In this document: positions 25,441 to 32,000 of the stretch, piece after piece | Numbering within the stretch: position 1 is the stretch's first letter | Layout of the letters: each line of letters opens with the position of its first letter | Assembly: GCA_037440365.1 (NCBI GenBank) | Contig: JBBIUF010000019.1 | Coordinates: 1-32,000 of the forward strand | DNA from: Chloroflexota bacterium | Lineage (GTDB): Bacteria; Chloroflexota; Anaerolineae; UBA4142 | Length of the DNA: 32,000 nucleotides | Reading direction: 5' to 3' | Program-made: the position numbers and the translations under genes | The notes under the pieces: generated by a model | Told to the model about the DNA's origin: nothing | What the model saw: the letters and a program-made list of their open reading frames with translations, nothing else | The model's database searches: none

Positions 25441-25472
25441 GTCCCTGCGGGTTGATCGAAACCCGCAGGGAC
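25441..25472. other. Stem-loop between cyclophilin gene and prs
   Basis: GTCCCTGCGGGTT-GATCGA-AACCCGCAGGGAC, perfect 13-bp stem, no U-run. Confidence 0.7.
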
Positions 25473-25491
25473 TGCTGGTGTGGAGGTCTGC

Positions 25492-26451
25492 ATGGCGAGA
25501 ATGTACGGCGATCTAGCGATCGTCAGTGGACGCAGTAATCGTCCGCTCGCGGAAGCGATTTGCAAACATCTCGGCGCGCCACTGGAAGAAATCGATATTA
25601 TTGATTTTCCGAATGAAAATATCTTTGTGCAACTGCAATGCAGTGTGCGCGGCCAAGATGTCTTTTTCGTCCAAAGTCTCTCGTCACCCGTCAATCGGAA
25701 TATCGTCGAAATGCTGATCATCCTGGATGCCTTGAAACGCTCATCCGCTGGACGCATCACCGTCGTGATTCCATTTTACGCCTATGGACGCAGTGACAAG
25801 AAAGATCAGCCGCGGGTACCGATTACCGCGCGTTTGCTTGCCGACTTGATCGTCGTGGCGGGCGCGGATCGCTACATGACATTTGATTTGCACGCGGGAC
25901 AAATTCAGGGATTTTTCAGTGTGCCGGGCGACGAATTTTCTGCGTTTCCGGTACAGATCGAATATCTGGCAAACAAACAAGTGCCTGACGCGGTGGTGGT
26001 TTCCGCCGACCTGGGTTTTGCGAAAAAAGCGCGCAACTTTGCGCGGCGCTTGAACACGCCGCTGGCATTCATCGAAAAGCGACGCATTGGCAATGATCCC
26101 AAAGCACAAGCACTCACCATCATCGGCGACGTGCAAGGCAAAAACGCCATCATCGTGGACGATGAAGTGGACACGGCCGGCACGCTTGTCTCGGCGGTCG
26201 GTTTGCTCAAACGCAACGGCGCGCGCGACGTGTATACCGCATGCACGCACGCCACACTTTCAAATCCGGCGGTTGAACGACTCAACGGCGCGCCGATCAC
26301 CGAATTCATTTGCACGGATACCGTGCCGGTGCCGCCGGAAAAACGTTTACCGAATATGACGATTCTGTCTGTCGCGCCACTCCTCGCCGAAACGATCCTG
26401 CGGACGCACGAAGGACGCAGTGTGGGCGATTATTTACACGATACGCAATAA
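25492..26451 (+). CDS. prs: Ribose-phosphate pyrophosphokinase
   Basis: MYGDLAIVSGRSNRPLAEAICKHLG; PFYAYGRSDKKDQPRVPITARLLADLI; DLHAGQIQGFF; NAIIVDDEVDTAGTL. Start could be 25480, 25492 or 25501. Confidence 0.96.
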   Translation: MARMYGDLAIVSGRSNRPLAEAICKHLGAPLEEIDIIDFPNENIFVQLQCSVRGQDVFFVQSLSSPVNRNIVEMLIILDALKRSSAGRITVVIPFYAYGRSDKKDQPRVPITARLLADLIVVAGADRYMTFDLHAGQIQGFFSVPGDEFSAFPVQIEYLANKQVPDAVVVSADLGFAKKARNFARRLNTPLAFIEKRRIGNDPKAQALTIIGDVQGKNAIIVDDEVDTAGTLVSAVGLLKRNGARDVYTACTHATLSNPAVERLNGAPITEFICTDTVPVPPEKRLPNMTILSVAPLLAETILRTHEGRSVGDYLHDTQ

Positions 26452-26489
26452 TTATTTCCGATTGAAGATTGCTGAGGTTGTAACTTTTA

Positions 26490-29400
26490 ATGTTGAAAAA
26501 TTTGTATACCAAAATCACAGGCGACCCGAACGAAAAAGAAGTCAAACGCCTGCGCGCACTCGTCGAAACGGAACTCAATCCGCTCGAAGCGCAATTGCAA
26601 AAACTCTCCGACGCGGAACTGCGCGCCAAGACCGATACATTCAAAACGCGCATCACGGAAGCGACAGAGGCCGCGCGCGCGCGCGTCGCCGAATTGCGCG
26701 ACCAGCTGACGACGGCGATAGACGATGACGAGCGGCGCGTGATCGACGAGCAAGTCAAGCAAGCCGACACGGAATTGGTAAACGCCGAGCGCGCGGTGTT
26801 GGACGAAATTCTGCCCGAAGCATTCGCGTGTGTGCGGGAAGCCAGCGTGCGCACGATTGGGTTGCGCCATTTCGACGTGCAAATGATCGGCGGCATTGTC
26901 CTGCATGAAGGCAAGGTCGCCGAAATGAAAACCGGCGAAGGCAAGACACTGGTCGCCACATTGCCGTTATACTTGAACGCGCTCACCGGTCACGGCGCGC
27001 ACCTAGTCACCGTGAACGATTATCTGGCGCGTTTGCACACGCAATTGATGGGCCCCGTCTATCACGCACTCGGCTTGACCGTTGGCGCGCTCCAGCAAGG
27101 CGAAGAGAAAAAAGCGTTGCTGTTCGATCCAACCATTACCGCGGCAACGCAAGAGATGAATTATTTGCGCGCCTGCACGCGGCAAGAAGCATACCGCGCC
27201 GACATTACCTATGGCACCAATAGCGAGTTTGGGTTTGATTACTTGCGCGATAACATGGCGTGGCGGTTGGAAGACCGCGTGCAACGCGAATTGTACTTCG
27301 CCATTGTGGACGAAGTGGACAATATCTTGATTGACGAAGCGCGCACCCCGCTTATCATTTCCGGTCCCGCGGGCGAAGCCTCCGACGAATACTATCGGCT
27401 GGCAGAACTCGTCCGCAAATTGTCGCCGGATCATTACACGGTTGATCAGCGCACGCGCGGGATCACGCTCACGGAAGCCGGGTATGATCGCGTCGAAGAA
27501 TTACTCGGCACACAACTGACAAACCCCGATCGCCCCGAAGAGACGGATACCCAGCAAGCCAAGATCATGCACCACCTCGAAGCCGCAATGAAAGCGCAAT
27601 ACCTGTTCCAACGCGACAAGGATTATATCATTCGCAAAGGTCAGGTCATTATTGTTGACGAATTTACCGGACGCTTGATGCCGGGTCGTCGCTGGTCGGA
27701 TGGTTTGCACCAAGCCGTCGAAGCGAAAGAGCACGTCGCGATCCAACAAGAGTCGGTGACGTATGCAACGATCACCTTGCAAAATTATTTCCGCCTCTAT
27801 AAAAAAATCGGTGGGATGACCGGCACGGCAAAAACCGAAGAGGATGAACTCTACAAAGTCTATGGCTTGAACGTCGTCGTCATTCCGACCAATCGTCCGA
27901 TGATTCGCAACGATCAACCCGACCTGGTCTATCGCAACGAAGAAGCCAAATGGCGCGCGGTGGCGGCGCAGATCGCACAGATCTATGCCAGCGGGCAACC
28001 GGTGCTGATCGGCACCACATCCGTCGAACAATCCGAGCGGCTCAGCGCGCGTTTTTCCGCCGCCCAACTTGAGCTCTACGCGCGCGCGCGTTTGCTCGCC
28101 AACGCCGTTGAAAACATTAAGGACTTGAACGACAAGCAACGCGCTACGCTCAAACTGATGCTGTCGCGCTCGCTCGATCAAGCACCAGAAAATTATGACG
28201 AAGTCCTGGCATCGCGTTTGTTTCACGAATTCAATCTCGGCGCAATCAGCAAAGCGACGATCAAGATGCCGGTGCGCGATTTGCTTGCGACGAAAAAACG
28301 TCTCGCGCAGAAAAGCGGCAAAGACAAGCCAACGTTAAGCGACAAGGATGCGCGCGAAATCGAAAATTTGCCTGAGCGCGATTTGAAATTTGCCGTCAAG
28401 CTGGAAGAGCGCAACCTGCGGCTCGATACCACGCAAACGCTGTGCGAAGAAATTGCCGCGCACCCCGACGACCTTGCCAAGATCGCGCCCAAATTCAACC
28501 TGTCGCTTGAAACCGTTACTGAAGTGTACACCGAATTGCATTTATCACGCGACGAGATGCGCGAAATCAATCGCGCGCTGATTGATTCGCTCGGCAATGT
28601 GGCGCAGGTGACCGCCGACTATCGCGTGCGCGCCGAAGATATGGACACCATCGTCAAGCGCATGTATTTGCGCGCGGCAGACGTAATCCAGTTGGCCAAG
28701 AAACTGGATGTCAATGCAGATCCGCTTGCCGCTGACAATGCCGCAACCGTGAGCGAAATTTTTAGCATTAGCGACAACGCGCTGCTCACGCGCCTTTTGC
28801 GCGAAGGCGTGCCGCACAATGTCTTGAATGCCAAGGAACATGAAAAAGAAGGCGGCATTATCGCGCGCGCGGGCGAACTGCACGCGGTCACGCTCGCAAC
28901 CAATATGGCGGGACGCGGCGTAGACATTAAACTCGGCGGCGAGTTGAGCGAAGAAACGCTGAATGAGGTCGGGCGCATTTTGCACCGCAACGGGACCGAT
29001 CCGTACAATCTCACGTTTGATCAGATCGCCGATGCGCTCACCAAAATTCCAAAAGAAAATTACGCGCTCGATGCGGAACACGTCGAAGCCTTTTTGAACT
29101 ATATGCGCGACCGCGCGCGCGTGCGTGAACTGGGCGGCTTGTGCATCATCGGCACAGAACGCCACGAGGCGCGCCGCATTGACAATCAGTTGCGCGGACG
29201 ATCGGGGCGTCAAGGCGATGCCGGGTCGTCGCGCTTTTACGTTTCGCTCGAAGACGAAATCATGCGCCGCATGGGCGGCAAAGGACTCGTGGATCGTGTT
29301 TGGATCGAGGACATTCCGATTGAACACGATTGGGTGACGCGCGCGATTGGGCAAGCGCAGATCAAGATGGAAGGGTACAACTTTGACATCCGCAAGCACC

Positions 29401-30953
29401 TGCTCGACTATGATGATGTGCTGAACAAACAACGCGAAATCATTTATGGGCAACGCTATCGCATTTTGACCAAAGCCGATCTCCGCGATGATGTGCGCGG
29501 CTGGCTCAAAGCAGAAATCGCGCGCATCCTCGCCGAAGATTTGAAAGCGAATGATCACGCAGAATCGCGGTTGCTCTTGCATCTCGATTCGCTTGTGCCT
29601 GGTTTTTTCATCAGCGAGACTGAAATGTGGCCCCCGTATTCGTTGGCGCTGGTGCAACGCGAACTCGGCGAGTTGAGCGATCTCGCATCTGCGCCCAAGA
29701 AAATTTTGGCGGCGGCACAGCGCGCCATGGAACAGCACCGCGAGTTTATTACAAACGCGCTGGTGCCGGAAGTCATCGCGCAATTTGAACAGCAAGCCAA
29801 ATCCACCTGGGACGAGATCGAAGACCTGGCAAAGAATACGCTCAGCACCTTGCGGCAGGAATCCGAAGAACAGCAACGTTCGTTCGACGCACGCACAATT
29901 ACGCAATCGGTTGGGCAAGCCGTGGGCATGACGCTCGACGTGCGCGCTGAACGCGGCACGGAAATCACCGAGCGCACGATCCTGGATGCGGTGCGCCGCG
30001 CGTTTGATGTGCGCGTCGCCGACCAGGTCGCGCGGCGCGTCGAAAAGCGCACGGGGCAACAATTCGATTTTCGCTGGACACCCGAAGGCGAATTACATTT
30101 TGATGAATTGCGCGCGGCCCTCGTCGCCGCGATTGATACCACGTATACCCAGCAAGCGAATAAACATCTCGCCGAGATCGAGCGTGAACTCGGCGAACGG
30201 ATCAAATCGGCGGACGATGTGCGCGGCACACGGCTCTCGTTCCTGCTGTTCACCCTTGCGCACACGCGCCACGCCGCGTTCGATCAGCGCACGCATCGCC
30301 GGTTTGAAGTACTGATGCCGCGCTTTCCCTGGGTGCATTTCGCCGCCGCGCAAATCGAGAAAATCGGCACGGATGAACTGCGCGACGAAATTTTCGCGTA
30401 CTGGAATCAATCGCTCGATCAACTCGAACCATTGCGTGGCGGCGCGGCGGCGTTCAACGATCTCTTGCGCGAGTTGATGCTCAGCACCGTTTCGACGTTG
30501 TGGGTGGATTATCTCACCGCGATTGAAGGTTTGCGCGAAGGCATTGGCTTGCAAGCATTTGGTCAGCGCGATCCGCTCGTCGAATACAAACGCCGCGCGT
30601 TTGAAATGTTCCAGGATTTGTACGCGCGCATTCGCTCCCAGGTCGTAACGTACGTATTCACGTACCAGTATCGCGGCTTTGCAAAACTGGAAAGCGAAGA
30701 TCGCGATCGCGCGTCGCGGCAAGCGGTGGAAGCCGTGGTGAGCCAAACCGCCGGCGTGAATCAAACAACGGTAAGCAGTCCACCCGCGCAAGTTGCCAGC
30801 GCGCAAAAAACCGACAGCAAAGCGCACAAGCCCGAGCCAGCGCGCAAACCGGTGAACGCGGCGGTCGGAGCCAAAATCGGACGCAACGATCCGTGCTGGT
30901 GCGGGAGCGGCAAGAAATATAAAAACTGTCACATGCAAAGCGATTCGCGATAA
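26490..30953 (+). CDS. secA: Preprotein translocase ATPase SecA, unusually long (1487 aa), with SEC-C zinc motif
   Basis: GEGKTLVATLPLYLNAL; YGTNSEFGFDYLRDNM; VDEVDNILIDEARTPLIISG; GTERHEARRIDNQLRGRSGRQGDAGSSRF; C-term GRNDPCWCGSGKKYKNCH. Confidence 0.97.
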   Translation: MLKNLYTKITGDPNEKEVKRLRALVETELNPLEAQLQKLSDAELRAKTDTFKTRITEATEAARARVAELRDQLTTAIDDDERRVIDEQVKQADTELVNAERAVLDEILPEAFACVREASVRTIGLRHFDVQMIGGIVLHEGKVAEMKTGEGKTLVATLPLYLNALTGHGAHLVTVNDYLARLHTQLMGPVYHALGLTVGALQQGEEKKALLFDPTITAATQEMNYLRACTRQEAYRADITYGTNSEFGFDYLRDNMAWRLEDRVQRELYFAIVDEVDNILIDEARTPLIISGPAGEASDEYYRLAELVRKLSPDHYTVDQRTRGITLTEAGYDRVEELLGTQLTNPDRPEETDTQQAKIMHHLEAAMKAQYLFQRDKDYIIRKGQVIIVDEFTGRLMPGRRWSDGLHQAVEAKEHVAIQQESVTYATITLQNYFRLYKKIGGMTGTAKTEEDELYKVYGLNVVVIPTNRPMIRNDQPDLVYRNEEAKWRAVAAQIAQIYASGQPVLIGTTSVEQSERLSARFSAAQLELYARARLLANAVENIKDLNDKQRATLKLMLSRSLDQAPENYDEVLASRLFHEFNLGAISKATIKMPVRDLLATKKRLAQKSGKDKPTLSDKDAREIENLPERDLKFAVKLEERNLRLDTTQTLCEEIAAHPDDLAKIAPKFNLSLETVTEVYTELHLSRDEMREINRALIDSLGNVAQVTADYRVRAEDMDTIVKRMYLRAADVIQLAKKLDVNADPLAADNAATVSEIFSISDNALLTRLLREGVPHNVLNAKEHEKEGGIIARAGELHAVTLATNMAGRGVDIKLGGELSEETLNEVGRILHRNGTDPYNLTFDQIADALTKIPKENYALDAEHVEAFLNYMRDRARVRELGGLCIIGTERHEARRIDNQLRGRSGRQGDAGSSRFYVSLEDEIMRRMGGKGLVDRVWIEDIPIEHDWVTRAIGQAQIKMEGYNFDIRKHLLDYDDVLNKQREIIYGQRYRILTKADLRDDVRGWLKAEIARILAEDLKANDHAESRLLLHLDSLVPGFFISETEMWPPYSLALVQRELGELSDLASAPKKILAAAQRAMEQHREFITNALVPEVIAQFEQQAKSTWDEIEDLAKNTLSTLRQESEEQQRSFDARTITQSVGQAVGMTLDVRAERGTEITERTILDAVRRAFDVRVADQVARRVEKRTGQQFDFRWTPEGELHFDELRAALVAAIDTTYTQQANKHLAEIERELGERIKSADDVRGTRLSFLLFTLAHTRHAAFDQRTHRRFEVLMPRFPWVHFAAAQIEKIGTDELRDEIFAYWNQSLDQLEPLRGGAAAFNDLLRELMLSTVSTLWVDYLTAIEGLREGIGLQAFGQRDPLVEYKRRAFEMFQDLYARIRSQVVTYVFTYQYRGFAKLESEDRDRASRQAVEAVVSQTAGVNQTTVSSPPAQVASAQKTDSKAHKPEPARKPVNAAVGAKIGRNDPCWCGSGKKYKNCHMQSDSR

Positions 30954-31041
30954 TTGCGATGAGAGATCGAGGACGAAAGACGAAGGGCGGTCTGCACCAA
31001 CAACCTTTTGTTTTTCGTCCTCTGCTATTTTGAGGTGTAAC

Positions 31042-31872
31042 ATGCAATTGGGTCAGCTTGAAATTTTTCTGGTGAGCGATGGCGTGATGCACAGCGACGC
31101 GGGCGGGGTCTATGGACTGGTGCCACGCGCGTTGTGGTCCAAGGTCACGCCACCCGACGATCAAAATCGCGTGCCAGCGACGTTGAATTGCCTGCTGGTT
31201 ATTTCGCGCGAACAAAAAATTTTGATCGATACCGGATTGGGGAACAAGCTCGATGCCAAAGCCGAATCCAATTTCGGACGTACCGGTGGATCCCAGTTGC
31301 TTGCCGAATTGCAGAAACTCGGCGTCGCGCCAAACGCGATTGACCTGGTAATCAACACACACTTGCACGCCGATCATTGCGGCGGCAACACAGTGGGCGA
31401 GCGCAATCAATTTGCGCCGACATTTCCGCGCGCGCAGTACGCGATCCAACGTTTGGAACTAGCCGACGCCATGTATCCGAACGAGCGCACCCGCGCAACG
31501 TACCTTGCCGAAAATTTTGCGCCGCTCGGTGAGCGCGTGCGCCTGCTCGATGGCGATACGCGCATCAATGATACGGTGCGGTGCATGATTACGCGCGGTC
31601 ATACGCGCGCGCACCAAAGCGTGCTGATCGAATCAGACGGCCAGCGCGCGCTTTTTCTCGGCGATGCAATTGGGCGCGCGGTGTATTTTGAGCGGATGGC
31701 ATGGATTCCGGCATTCGATGTCGAGCCGCTCGAAACGCTGGAAACCAAGCGGCGTTTGCGCGACTGGGTGATCGAAGACAAAGTGCTGTTGATTTTTCAA
31801 CACGATCATCTGACCACGATGGGGTACTTGAAAAAAGATGGCGACAAGTATCGCGTGGAAAAAGTGAGCTAG
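31042..31872 (+). CDS. MBL-fold metallo-hydrolase
   Basis: ILIDTGLGNKL; DLVINTHLHADHCGGN; ITRGHTRAHQSVLIES; FLGDAI. Confidence 0.93.
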   Translation: MQLGQLEIFLVSDGVMHSDAGGVYGLVPRALWSKVTPPDDQNRVPATLNCLLVISREQKILIDTGLGNKLDAKAESNFGRTGGSQLLAELQKLGVAPNAIDLVINTHLHADHCGGNTVGERNQFAPTFPRAQYAIQRLELADAMYPNERTRATYLAENFAPLGERVRLLDGDTRINDTVRCMITRGHTRAHQSVLIESDGQRALFLGDAIGRAVYFERMAWIPAFDVEPLETLETKRRLRDWVIEDKVLLIFQHDHLTTMGYLKKDGDKYRVEKVS

Positions 31873-31896
31873 TTCGTCTCGATTAAGCATAATAAA

Positions 31897-31925
31897 AAAC
31901 GCATTCGGAAATCCGAGTGCGTTTT
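31897..31925 (+). terminator. Rho-independent terminator
   Basis: AACGCATTCGG-AAAT-CCGAGTGCGTT followed by TT, with A-rich upstream flank (AATAAAA); 25 nt after the MBL stop. Confidence 0.75.
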
Positions 31926-32000
31926 GATTTTATGCTTATTTATCCACGACTTGCGAATCCGCACTAAATTTTGCTTGATTCGCGTTATGCGTGGACCAGG

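Noticed and set aside
28545-30062. 505-aa minus-strand ORF
   Set aside because: Lies wholly antisense to SecA, whose motifs are unambiguous; low-complexity composition typical of shadow ORFs in GC-rich DNA.
30093-31043. 316-aa minus-strand ORF
   Set aside because: Antisense to the SecA C-terminus including the SEC-C motif; shadow ORF.
1-32000. CRISPR array, rRNA, intein or integrase/transposase
   Set aside because: No regularly spaced direct repeats, no rRNA-like sequence, no intein splice motifs in the long SecA, and no recognisable transposase or integrase ORF were seen.

Overview
32-kb window, high GC, densely coding, probably from a Chloroflexota-like bacterium (inferred from gene content only; not tested). 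From left to right: a truncated minus-strand SIR2-like + TPR protein. A minus-strand block with a NarL-type response regulator, a membrane/GAF sensor histidine kinase, an NrfD/HybB-like quinone-interacting membrane subunit, a HybA/HmcB-like four-cluster ferredoxin, and two small single-helix proteins. A plus-strand arsenic operon (ArsR, LMW-PTP-type ArsC, AbrB+radical SAM/SPASM protein, ACR3 pump, ArsM). A CPBP protease and tRNA-Leu(UAG). Trigger factor/ClpP/ClpX, followed by an AAA+ ATPase and a membrane protein. A tungsten-type aldehyde:ferredoxin oxidoreductase (AOR) locus with MoaD-like and MoaD-associated small proteins. Then methylmalonyl-CoA mutase B12-binding subunit + MeaB, a histidine phosphatase, a TPR-TM-cyclophilin, ribose-phosphate pyrophosphokinase, an unusually long SecA, and an MBL-fold hydrolase. 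The most interesting region is the AOR locus (18.4-22.3 kb). It has (i) a protein that reads as a protoglobin domain fused to a MoaD/ThiS-like beta-grasp domain, divergent from (ii) a MoaD homologue with a masked C-terminus (GGGCAN), and (iii) a structured/inverted-repeat leader ahead of the AOR gene. A likely tungsten-enzyme radical SAM maturase is translationally coupled to arsC in the nearby arsenic operon. Together these suggest a heme/gas-sensing-linked tungstopterin enzyme system. All family calls were made by reading motifs; no database search was run.
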